Origin: Eledone cirrhosa
Taxonomy: Eukaryota
Assembly (NCBI GenBank): GCA_964016885.1
Contig: OZ024740.1
Span: forward strand, 308,574,001-308,638,000
Length of the DNA: 64,000 bases
Direction of reading: 5' to 3'
A model generated the notes under the pieces. The model made no database searches. It worked only from the letters and a program-made list of their open reading frames with translations, and had not been told where the DNA came from. The translations under genes and the position numbers were made by a program. Position 1 is the stretch's first letter; every line of letters starts with the position of its first letter. Shown here in pieces: positions 1 to 12,136 of the stretch.

Positions 1-770
1 TTTTCTTTTAGATGAACCTACACCACAAGTGTATTTGTTTTCGGTGAGTGTTGGTTTTAGCCAACTTTTGTGTAGTATTTAGTCACACTCCACTGTCATT
101 GTGTGAAGTCTGCCTTCTTTAACCACATGTTAGTGTTGTAGTACTGTGTTGTACAGCCACTAGTTCACCTTTGGATGACTTACTTCAAGTACTTTCTAGT
201 GTAGCTAGCATAATGGTGAGTGTGACACTGGGGATGCTAGAAAAGACAGGAGAGAGGGTGATGTATTTTTTCTGGGTGGCGGAGGGAGGGGGGAGTAATT
301 AATTCTAGATATATAATTATTTGGAATCACCACTAACACCAGAGTGTTTACTGTCATGTCCACATTCTGGCAAATAATGGCTGTTGTTTGATTGTTATGG
401 GTGGTAGTAGTAATGGTTTAGTAGTAGCAGGAGTGAATTTAACAGAAACTGTCAATTACTGGATGTTTGTACATATGTCTGTATTTTTCTATGTGAAAAT
501 TCCATATTGAAGTATGATGTAATTTCAATATATACTGGTGCCTAAACTGGTTCATATGTAGTGTTTGTAGTCATGATGGTGGTACTAATGGTCCATTAAT
601 GAAGGTTAGTAGTGATTAAATAGCATAGTTAAATGTAACTGCCATTAACTGGACTATAATTACTGGGTATCTGAAACTAAATGGATCCTATTGCCTCAGG
701 ATTAATTAGTATATTGACGGTGAACCAATACTACTGAAATGTATGGTGGTTGTATGTCAGGAGGGTGCAT

Positions 771-1104
771 GGCCCTTTATGATCTGAGTTCAAATCCCGC
801 CGAGGTTAACTTTACCTTTCATCCTTATGGGGTCGATAAAATAAAGTACCAGTAATGCTCTGGGATAATTGCTGGCCTTGTGCCAAAAGTAGAAACAATT
901 ATTAGATTATAGGGCGGTGGATTGGCAGTATTGGTAGATGATCGGATGCCATGCTTTGCTTCATAGTTACGACCCTTTACTGTCTGAGTTCAAATCCCGC
1001 CGAGGTTAGCTTTGCCTTTCATCTTTACAGGGTCAATAAAATAAAGCATCAGTAATGCACTGGGATAATTGCTGGACTTGTGCCAAAAGAAGAAGCAATT
1101 ATTA
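771..1104 (+). mobile_element. Two head-to-tail tRNA-derived SINEs (family A): 5'-truncated 771-904 and full-length 912-1104
   Basis: A-box-like TGGCAGTATTGG, B-box GAGTTCAAATCC, core GCCTTTCATC...GGTC(G/A)ATAAAATAAAG, 3' GCTGG(C/A)CTTGTGCCAAAAG..GAA.CA plus (ATT)n; more than 25 related copies in the window. Confidence 0.9.
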
Positions 1105-1580
1105 GACTATGGTGCTTTGACAATATGTCAATCTATCTGTGACAAGCCTTGACAAAGTATTTTTGTGACATCTTGATTGTGTCTGTTCCTACAAGCCTTG
1201 GCAGTGTCTCTTTGAGCAAGTCTTTGGATGTCTTGGTTTGTGACACCTTGACAATATCTATCTGTGACAGGCCTCAGCAATCTGAATATATCTGTGACAG
1301 TGTGTGTCCATGAGAAGTTATGTCAATGTCTGTTGTACTTAGTGACACTTAAACTGTTTGTGATATACTTTGATTTAACTGTATTAAAGTCTTTCACAAA
1401 CATATCAAGCTGATAAAACACTCTTTTACAATTCTGCCACTGCAGTGAGCCATTCTACACTGATGCCTATATACAACCAGGTAGACTGTGGGTTAGGCAT
1501 TGGTAGTTAGGATTTTACCATAAATACAGTGGAATAATGCCGATAAACAGTAACGATTATTAGCTTTAATGAACTTTTAA

Positions 1581-1836
1581 CTCTTTTGTTACCAGAATTC
1601 TAATGAAAAATACCGCCTATAACATTCAAATCATTTAAAAAATAATCGTGCATGCATTTGGAATGATTTAGTAATATAACTTTCTCATTATTAAGCTGGT
1701 GTTTGGGACATAACTTAGCAAAGGTTCTTGTATAAAACTATGATGAAAGGTTTCTAGATAAATATAAACATTTTAGAATAAGGTGATTTGTATTGTATAA
1801 CCAGGGTCAGTTTTATGTGGTTTGGTATCAAAAGGG
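1581..1836. mobile_element. piggyBac-type MITE (family P1)
   Basis: TTAA on both sides; termini CTCTTTTGTTACC ... GGTATCAAAAGGG form an imperfect TIR; related copies at 51523-51751 and 55385-55787. Confidence 0.7.
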
Positions 1837-2605
1837 TTAAAGGCCAATACTTAGTTCAAATTTCATAATGCAATATAGATGAGAGGATAGGATATCAGTC
1901 TATTCAGTACTTTCTTTCTGCCTGGTGCAGTTTTTTGTCTTGCCACTCTCTGTAGTCATTCGACATCTAGCAGAGACAACTGGAGATTTCTGGCATTCTT
2001 GGTCCTCAGACCATATCCCTAGTCACTGCTGTCAGGACAAAGTTAGCCATTCTCAGGAGTGGACTCCTTGAGTTGGAAAGACTATTTCAACATGTCTCCC
2101 TTTGCCATCCTCCAATGCAATGCTTTCTCTCTATTGGGATTACAAGGCTGCTTGCACCAAAGGTTCTCTACACCAGAGAGTGTTTTCCCACACAATCCGA
2201 ACCCATATCATTGGGATAGCAATGTTTGCATACTCTTTCTCTTATTGTTTACAATGTATAGACTGTCAATTTCATAGGAATTTTAATCAAAGTTCAAACT
2301 GTTTAAATTGAATTAAGACCAGTCACAGCAAGTAATCACATTAAACAGAGAAACACAAGCTAATTATTGTGTATGGTTTTTAAGATTGTATGCTATTCAC
2401 ATCACCAACTACTTTAGAGCATAGAGTCAGTAGATTTTGTTGTGGCAGTAGCATACAAGAGGTTGTATCTCAGAGGACTAAAGAATTCCCTTTAGGAATA
2501 TTTGTATTCACAGTTTAATGTATTTCGGCATTACCAATGAGTTTGTAAATGTGTTTACATCTACAAAAGCACCGGAAATGCATAAAGTCAAACTGTGTAT
2601 GTATG

Positions 2606-2651
<46 letters not shown>

Positions 2652-2654
<3 letters not shown>

Positions 2655-2800
2655 CATCATCCACATCTTCACTGTTTAAAATCTCTTTTCCATGCTTGCA
2701 TGAGTTAGATGGCTTAGGTGACTAAGTCTTGCTAGTACACTTTGTTTTGGCTATGTTTCTTCAGCTGGTTTCTTCTCTTAATGCCAACCATTTTAGAGCA
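2652..2800 (-). mobile_element. Degenerate SINE or LINE 3' end with (GAT)n tail (family B, RTE-related)
   Basis: (CAT)n then TTTTCCATGCTTGCATGAGTTAGA...CAGCTGG...TAATGCCAACCA, the same layout as 36916-37170. Confidence 0.6.
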
Positions 2801-3609
2801 TCACCACCACCTTACATGGTGGACTGTGTGCTTTTCATTGGGGCATCAACACTACCTCATTACAACACAAAGTGCCCTTGGTATTTGCTGGGGAGGCATT
2901 GGTGGGGATTTGGGCTAGGGTACAGAGATTGCACTACCGGTGGTGGTCGGGTCATAGAAGCAACCTTGTAGCAAATTAATGGTATCAAACATATTGTGGG
3001 GTGTGCCTGGCCTCCCCTGATAGCCTAAAAAGGGTAATTTATATGTTGCTTGCAGTGGGGCATGGGCAGATCATATGAGTGACATTGGAGCATGTGGGTG
3101 GGTGGTGCCAGGCTTTCTTGGGTTGGGAAAGTGACAAGAATATCAGGATTCAGCAGGGAATGGTTGAATCAGAATCAGACATGGTTGATCCTAGCTATCC
3201 ATGCTAGCATGGGTTGGGTGAAGAAGCCAGGAACACACTAGCAGATGAGGACCTGGCAGTTGTTCCATCTCTCTGTTCCTTTGTGTTTAGGGTGAGGAAA
3301 AGGAATCAGGAGACATGCTGTCAGGGAATTCAGGAGTATATTGGCAGGTGTGAGGTTGGACCTGAAAGTTGTACCACTTTCCTGCCTCTTCAGGTTTAGT
3401 ATGGAAGGAGGTATATACATCATCATCATTGTAATTTTGGTTTTTATGTGGATTTTCCATGAGTTGGACAAAATGTTTTGAGGCAATGTTTTACAGCTGA
3501 ATGCTGAACATCAACCCTTTTAGTCACTTCTTACAAGCAGCAGGAATATGCTGCACCTATTCTAATCGAGATACCCCCCCCCCCCCCACACACGTATATA
3601 ATTCAAATA

Positions 3610-3654
<45 letters not shown>

Positions 3655-3711
3655 AAGAGCCATATATCATTTGAGAAACACATAGTATTTTGTACATATA
3701 TATAAAGTACA

Positions 3712-3873
3712 TAATTGTTTCTACTTTAGGCACAAGGCCAGCAATTCACCAGTACATTACTGGTACTTTATTTTATCGACCCCGTAAGGATGAAAGGTAA
3801 AGTTAACTTCGACGGGATTTGAACTCGGACCCCGTCGAGGTTATCTTTACCTTTCATCCTTACGGGGTCGATA
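3712..3873 (-). mobile_element. SINE family A, 5'-truncated, with fold-back inverted duplication
   Basis: Minus-strand copy 3712-3826 followed by a plus-strand copy of its own core at 3831-3873; 18-bp TSD ATATATAAAG(T/C)ACATAAT at 3698-3715 and 3871-3888. Confidence 0.85.
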
Positions 3874-3915
3874 TATAAAGCACATAATATTTACAGTACC
3901 GTTTCATAGTTTGTA

Positions 3916-3963
<48 letters not shown>

Positions 3964-4450
3964 ATAAATTAACGGAGCCATAGACTCTCGCTATTCCCTG
4001 TCAGTAATGTGCTCAAAGGAGAAGGAACCCCGAGCTCTTTATAATACAATATGTTGAAAAGATAACACACTAGAGAGAGATAGTGCACCAACAATTTTCA
4101 ACATATTGTATTGTATTATATATATGTATATATATATATATATACCATGTAGATTTATGGACACATTGAGAAGTCCACAAGAATAAGAATATTGAAATCA
4201 AAAATATATACTTCAGTTTGGAGCCTAGCTGAAGGTGACAACTGTGCCTATGGAACATCATATGCCCCCACTTTTTGTGCTCTTCCAACCCATCCCTCCC
4301 ATCTCAACTCAACTCCCTTCTCCCCCTACTCCTCTGTTATAGTTATGTATAACCTCTCCACCTCATTTCCTCACTTCTCATTACCACCCTCTGCCCTAAT
4401 TCAGTCAGTTTATTGTGTAAACATGAGCCCAGCTCCTTGTATACTGTAGG

Positions 4451-5321
4451 ACACACACACTCACAGACACATACACGCACTCACAGACACATACACGCAC
4501 TCACAGACACATACACACACTCACATACACACACACTCAGACACATACACACACTCACAGACACATACACACACTCACAGACACATATACACACTCACAG
4601 ACACATTCACACACTCACATACACATACACACACTCACAGACACATACACACACACATACACATATACTCCCACACTCTCACACACACACATCACACATC
4701 ACACATCACTCACACACATATCACACACATCACACACATCACACCACACACCTCACACTCGCACGACACATCACACACACAGTCACATCACACACTCACA
4801 CAGTCACATCACACACACATCACACAGACACATCACACACTCACACACACATCACACACTCAGTCACATCACACACTCACACACACACATACACATCACA
4901 CACATCACACACATCACACACATACACAGTCACATCACACACATACACACACACATCACACTCACACAGTCACATCACACACTCACACACACACATTGTC
5001 ATCCTTCCTTTATTTTTCTCTTTCTCTAACTGACCTTATTCTATGTAAATATTTGGTTATTCAGGTTAATTACACACACACACACATATACACACATACA
5101 CACACACATACACACCCACACATACCCCCCCACACATACACACACATACACACACACACACACACACATACATATACACAGATACACTCCCACACTCTCA
5201 CACACCATGAAAATACATGTAAATAGCTAAACACATACATTCATTAGATACACATAGATGGCTGTATATAAACACATGCAGTGATCTACCTCTGAATACA
5301 TACACATAACTGATCACACAG

Positions 5322-5361
<40 letters not shown>

Positions 5362-6020
5362 TCTCTCACACATGCACACACAGTCACAGATCTGAAAATG
5401 TCCACCCCTTAAACACACTGTAATATACAGGCACACACACACACAGTAATACATGCAGTCTCACACACACACACACAGTAATACATGCAGTCTCACACAC
5501 ACACACACACAGTAATACATGCAGTCTCACACACACACACACACAGTAATACATGCAGTCTCACACACACAGTAATACATGCAGTTTCACACACACACAC
5601 AGTAATACATGCAGTCTCACACACACACACAGTAATACATGCAGTCTCACACACACAGTAATACATGCAGTCTCATACACACACACAGTAATACATGCAG
5701 TCTCACACACACAGTAATACACAAGCGCATACACAAACACACAAGTACATATATACACACACAGGCACACAAAGTAATACTCACACATACACACTCACAC
5801 ACAGTAATACACAAATGCATACACTCACACATGTACATATATACACACACAGGCACACAAAGTAATACTCAGACACATACACACTCACACACAGAGTAAT
5901 ACACTGGCACATACGCACACTCACACAGTTATACTGAGGGACACACACACAAGCACACATATACACACACATATACACACACACACACACTCACACACAG
6001 TAATATACAGACACACATAT
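4451..6020. repeat. Compound CA-rich micro/minisatellite block
   Basis: 20-bp CACAGACACATACACGCACT units, CACAT/CACAGT variants, and about 9 units of (CA)nGTAATACATGCAGTCT at 5415-5720. Confidence 0.95.
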
Positions 6021-6094
6021 CTGGAAAAAAAGCTCCAATCAGTACAAGTTAGCTTTAAAGTTAGTTTTATTATTACAGCTGGAGACTCCTGTCT

Positions 6095-7245
6095 CACTCC
6101 AAGTTACACTCTACTCCATTCCCACTTACATTCCATGTTACACTCAACCCTCACTCCATGTTACATTCCACTCTCACTTCACTCCATGTTACACTCTACC
6201 CTCACTCCATGTTACACTCTACCCTCACTCTGTTACAATCTACCCTCACTCTATGTTACACACCACCCTCACTCTGTTACACACCACCCTCACTCCATGT
6301 TACACATCACCCTCTCTCCATGTTACACACCACCCTCTCTCCATGTTACACACCACCCTCACTCCAAGTTACATTCCACTCTCACTTCACTCCATGTTAC
6401 ACTCTACCCTCACTCTATGTTACTCTACCCTCACTCTGTTACACTCTACCCTCACTCTATGTTACACACCACCCTCACTCTGTTACACACCACTTTCACT
6501 CCATGTTACACACCACCCTCACTCCAAGTTACATTCCACTGTCACATCACTCCATGTAACACCCCATTCTCTTCCCAAGTTACACTCCACTCTCACTCCA
6601 GTTGCACTCCACTCACACTCCATGTCATACTCTAAGTTACACTCCATGTCTCATTCCAAGTTACACTCCATGTCTCATTCCAAGTTACACTCCATGTCTC
6701 ACTCCAAGTTACACTCTACCATCGCTCCAAGTTACACTCTACCCTCACTCAACAATACAAGGGCTACATACACAACTGTCTAACCTCCTTAAATATCTTT
6801 CAACATCTTTTCTTTTGTTTTTCAAATTCCTTCTTTTTATTTCCTTTTTATTTTTCCAGCTTTCTTTCATTTTCTTTTTTTTATTTTGTTTGTTTTTCTT
6901 CTCCAGTCTACTGCCCCCCCCCCCCCCCCGTTCTCTAACACTTCTTGTCCTATCATCTCCATGCTTAACCCTCATTCCAATCCTCCTCCTCCCCTCATCT
7001 CAACCCATCTCCCCTATCCCTCCCACCATGCTAACCCCCCCCCCCGTACTCTCCATGCTACCTCACCCCACCCCACCCCATATCTCTTACCCTTCTTTCC
7101 CTATCTTCTCCATGCTACATCCTCACCCCTACTTACCTCCCCTTTCCTCTCCATGCTACCATCCCACCCTGACCCTGCCTCACCTATCCTCTCCATGCTA
7201 CCATCCCACCCTGACCCTGCCTCACCTATCCTCCATGCTACCCTG
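6095..7245. repeat. Degenerate minisatellite of about 23 bp (CTCCATGTTACACTCTACCCTCA) and a C-rich derivative
   Basis: Recurrent CTCCA(T/A)GTTACAC at 6095-6750 and CTCCATGCTA units at 6955-7245. Confidence 0.9.
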
Positions 7246-7364
7246 CCAATATTACATCAACATCCAAATGTCAAGACAACATATATGGAGTAAAAAAAGA
7301 TAAACAAACATCAACTCTAACACTGACATAACCTAAACCAGTTAGTGGTACCCTGATCAAATGA

Positions 7365-8110
7365 ACGACCATATATGTGATCATTTGGTTTGCTAGAAAT
7401 AGAAGCTAAATCTCATTCAAATCATATCTTAAAGAATGAAGAGTGCATTGGATGATGTAGTTCTGGGTATATACACAATGTCTGAAAAGGAGCATCTATG
7501 TGGTCATTTGGTTTGTTAGAAATAGAAGCTAAATCTCCTTCAAAGAAGGGTGCATTGGATAATGTAGTTCTAGATATATGCACAATGTCTGAAAAGGAGC
7601 ATCTATGTGGTCATTTGGTTTGCTAGAAATAGAAGCTAAATCTCCTTCAAAGAAGGGTGCATTGGATAATGTAGTTCTAGATATATGCGCAATGTCTGAA
7701 AAGGAGCATCTATGTGGTCATTTGGTTTGCTAGAAATAGAAGCTAAATCTCCTTCAAAGAAGGGTGCATTGGATAATGTAGTTCTAGATATATGCACAAT
7801 GTCTGAAAAGGAGCATCTATGTGGTCATTTGGTTTGCTAGAAATAGAAGCTAAATCTCCTTCAAAGAAGGGTGTATTGGATAATGTAGTTCTAGATATAT
7901 ACACAATGTCTGAAAAGGAGCATCTATGTGGTCATTTGGTTTGCTAGAAATAGAAGCTAAATCTCCTTCAATGAAGTGTGCATTGGATAATGTAATTCTA
8001 GATATATACACAATGTCTGAAAATTGTTAAAATGGATAGAATAATCATGGCTAAAGGACTGTTGATCATAAGTCTATTGGTGCAAGATTGACCTAGGGTT
8101 TCACAACATC
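7365..8110 (+). repeat. 107-bp tandem array (about 6 units) amplified inside a (CAA)n-tailed retroposon (family C)
   Basis: AGCATCTATGTGG starts at 7491, 7598, 7705, 7812 and 7919. The unit carries the family C motif TGCTAGAAATAG.AGC.AAATCTCC.TCAAA, and the array runs into the family C 3' end GATCATAAGTCT...GACCTAGGG...ACAACA. Confidence 0.85.
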
Positions 8111-8910
8111 TGTTAGTACTGTTACATCTAATTACATTATTGCTTTCTTTATTGCTACACCAGTTTGTAATAAGTCTACTGCTAATGCACCAAGATCTCT
8201 CTCTTGTTTCAATCACTTATATGTGTCCAAATACCCGCACACTCACACATCTTTTTAGACACACTGATATGCATGAATATACTTATATACATATATATTT
8301 TAGTTGATGTTTCTGTAGTGTAAAATGTCTGTCACATTTGAAAGAGGGATGGTAAGAATGTGCGAGAGAGGAGAGTTAAAAGAGAAATCATCATCATCGT
8401 CATCATTTTAACATCCGCTTTCCCTGCTAGCAAGAGATGGATTGGATGGGTCTACATAGACCAAGTCAGTAGTGAAGTGGAGGCTACTGATCTCCCAGAA
8501 ATATGCGGGCCATGCTTTGGAAGTGGGGTGGTAACAATGTGTGTGCAAGAGAGAAATAGAGCAGCAGCAACTGGTAGTAGTAGCACCAAAACTTCCAGTC
8601 GAACTATTTAGGTGACCAGGTCGCGGACAGTGCCACAAAAATTTTGACATGAGGAAATATGATATATTATAAAGCAAAATTAACAATTTTTTGCATGCTT
8701 TTAAATTTCTGTCTATATAAGAAGTCTATGAATAAGGTGTTGTAGTTTGCTTGAAGCACTGTGTTGTAAAGTGTAGAAAATAGTGTTTTGTTTAAAGGTT
8801 ACCATAATGGGAATTAGAGAGTATACAAATATGATGATAACAATGATGTTTTGATATTATCTTGTAGTTTTCTATAGGCCGTTATATTTCGGGATAAAAT
8901 GGCAGCTTAA

Positions 8911-9175
8911 GAGCAACCATCTTGCTCAGGGTCTACCCTTGGGTCTCCTGTTGGTTGGTTTTCCTTGTAAAATCTGTCCAGTGATTCTTTCCTGAGACAT
9001 TCTAACCATATGTCCATGATATTGGAGATGTGATCTCTCAATTCAGAGAAGTAGCAACTCTAGCTGGAGTGACTCTCTGATCTTCAAGCTAACATTATTC
9101 CAAAGACTCTTTGGAGGAACCCCATTTCATCCACTTGTATTCACGATCATATTCTTTCAGATTCATGACCATAGC
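8911..9175 (-). mobile_element. RTE-clade LINE 3' fragment (family R2), degenerate
   Basis: Reverse complement homologous to 11671-12136 (YGHES...EMGFL...GHMVRMSQE region). Confidence 0.75.
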
Positions 9176-9792
9176 TGCACCGTTATATTCCCAATAAATG
9201 TGCAGCATTATTTTCTGGGGATGTAGATTTGTGTTTGTATATATATTGCATGAATTTTACTTTTCAGTGTTGATTTGTTTGTTGTTTCTGGTGGTGCTAT
9301 TTTATTGTCTTCAGTGTCAAATATATTATGAGAGAAGGATGACATTAAGAGCAGGTTAATCTAGAAGTCAGAAGAAATTTGTATGAAAGCTGTCAGAGAA
9401 AATTACCTGTAATATAGACCCTATCCAGGAGTTCCTGGTTGAATTCATATTTTCATATGCTTAATGTTACAAAAACAAAGAAACGCTCAAAATTAATCAT
9501 TGTCTCTATGAAATATTGATCTTTATGGTAATTCATGGAAAGATGAACTTTCTGGTATTTCAACCAGTTTTAGAGAAATTTATCTGGAGCATAGCTAAAT
9601 TTTAAGCAACATCTTATCTCAAAAACAAGGACAATAACAACAAGCTGGGGGGGGGGGGGGGGCACAAAAGAAAACACCGAAAGAATTTGGCTTTCTTAAA
9701 ATAAAGTTATGCTGGCAGCTTTTTCTTTTTTATCTTCCATAAAAGGATGTGGGATTAATTTGTGTTAGTTAGTTAATGTGTGTGTATGTGCA

Positions 9793-9824
<32 letters not shown>

Positions 9825-10135
9825 CACATGTGTGGATGTGTGTACCCATGCATATCTTTGCTTATGTGAATTGGCTAGCTGCTGTGTTTCCAATGCCATT
9901 TACAGATGGTAAGCCATTGTTCCACTGAGAAGTTCAGAACAATTTTGCACGGCAATTAATTTGGGTGGAAGTTTTGGAAATTGTTGCTTTGTGTTGTTGT
10001 TTTTCTACCCCACTCGCCACTTTATTGTTTTTTCATCCCTTTCCTTGCCTATAATTTTGTATGTCTTTTATTCCATTGTTATGTCTGTGTTGCTATAAAT
10101 GTATTTATAAACATACATAGGCATTTATATGCATA

Positions 10136-10184
<49 letters not shown>

Positions 10185-10665
10185 AGTACAGATTAAAAGT
10201 TTAAGCAAGGAATTTCTGCTTTTACCCTAAGTGGGATCATCTGAAACTGAGAAATATCAATCTGTAGATGCAGAAGTAAATATCTAAAAAAAAAAATTAA
10301 CACCAAATATTACCTTTAGAAAATAGGAAGACAACAGTAATGTGTGAGGACATTCTCTTGAGATGAGCGAAATTTATGCAAGGAGAATTACATCATTATG
10401 TGGAGCAGGAAGAACAAATTCTTGCTATGGAAAAATCAAATTCTTGCTATGAAAAAAATCTGCCTCAGATTTTTTGTTTAAAATATGTTCATTGGCATAA
10501 AGGATTTCCAGGGCTTTGGTGGCACAAAGGTCTTTTATTTCCATTATACAATCTAACTTTAGTTAAGATTTCTCAGTGTAACCTATGTCGGATGTTATTG
10601 TCTTTTAAACTCCAAATATAGGCCGAAAGTGAAGTTACATCCCTTCTTAAAGTCATATTCTTTCT

Positions 10666-10707
<42 letters not shown>

Positions 10708-11670
10708 CTTATATTTCTTCCACCCTCACCTCCATCATCACCTCTTTATATTTGAAGCTCTACTGACTATGACAGCCTGATGAGTTTTTCTTCTCTATCA
10801 TTAAAATTATTGAAAGCTTATAATTTACATAACAGGGTGACAGGAAGAACTTTTACCCCCTTTCTTTCTTCCTGCCCTTCCCTACACTTCAACCAACCTC
10901 ATGAATTTTTGACATATTTCAGTGGGCCCTTTTCTAATTTCTTCCATAACAATCCCTTAAAATATACTTAAATTGCATCTCTGGTTAGCCCTAATACATG
11001 ACTGGTATTTTCTGATAGCTCCTTTTGTTAGCCATCCAATATGCCTAGATATCAATCAATCCAATATGCCTAGATATCAATGTCTCTAATAACACTTTAG
11101 ATAAGGCATTAATACAACACAATTCATACTATATAACTGATATATCCTATATACTGATATATCCTACTGTCTACAGATGTAACACTGCTACTGCCTAATA
11201 TCTACTGATATATACCTGTACCATGATATCTTCTGTTAAACACTGATAGAGATATATTTGCCTATATACATTGATACAGACACATCTACAGATATAACTC
11301 TGATACAGATACACCTGCACCTACTGATATAACACTGATTGACTTTATAATTACTTTCGATCATTTTCATTTATACAATGATATAGAGTTACTTCATGTC
11401 TACATATATAATCTGATACAAGTTGATATCTTGCTGTTTATCTTGATATAAACATCTGATATTTTCTGATATACTCTGCAACTTTTTAATAGGTATGGAT
11501 ATACCATAGTCTCTGCTAATATTCACCATTAACTCATTGATATTTCCCAACTAATTCTCACCTTGATACATCCTGTGTCTAATCTTACATCTTCATATCC
11601 CAATGACTTGTCATTCAACATTTAGACTGCTGCCAAGAATTAACAATCTAATGTTTTGCTATCTTCAATT

Positions 11671-12136
11671 CGGTATTCGCGCCAACTCTTACCTATGATC
11701 ATGAATCTTGGGTAATGACTGAAAGAATACGATTGCGAATACAAGTGGCCAAAATAGGGTTCCTCCGAAGGGTCTATGGAGTAACATGACATGATAGTAG
11801 ATAGCTCGGAGATCATAATGTCACTCTATGTAGTGCCACTACTTCTCCGACTTGAGATATCACAGCTCCAATACTATGAACATGTGGTTAGAATGTCTCA
11901 GGAAAGAATCACAGGACAGATTTTACAGGCAAAAACCAACTGGTAGGAGACCCAGGGGTACACTCCAAGCAAGATGGTTGGATAACATCCATGAACTCGG
12001 TTGGTCTCGCTTGGGGATCCAGCTGGATTAGTTAGAAATGGTTGCTTCTGACAGGACCTACTGGAAAGAGTGTTTGAGGACTCTGCCCCCGGGGCCCTCT
12101 CAGGAATAAGTGGGCAAAGAAGATGAAGAAGAAGAA
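11671..12136 (+). mobile_element. RTE-clade LINE 3' fragment (family R2) with (GAA)n tail
   Basis: Decayed frame VFAPTLTYDHESWVMTERIRLRIQVAKIGFLRR...HVVRMSQERI...GRRPRG...RWLDNI, typical of the RTE ORF C-terminus; tail GAAGATGAAGAAGAAGAA. Confidence 0.85.

Noticed and set aside
912-1000. tRNA gene suggested by A and B boxes
   Set aside because: No cloverleaf; it continues into a SINE core and tail and recurs more than 25 times.
4413-7303. Long ORFs rich in His/Thr, Leu/Pro or Cys/Val (up to 233 aa)
   Set aside because: Translations of CA-rich micro- and minisatellites, open in several frames, with no domain signal.
7365-8025. Regular repeat array resembling CRISPR
   Set aside because: Contiguous 107-bp units with no unique spacers, no cas genes, and a eukaryotic context.
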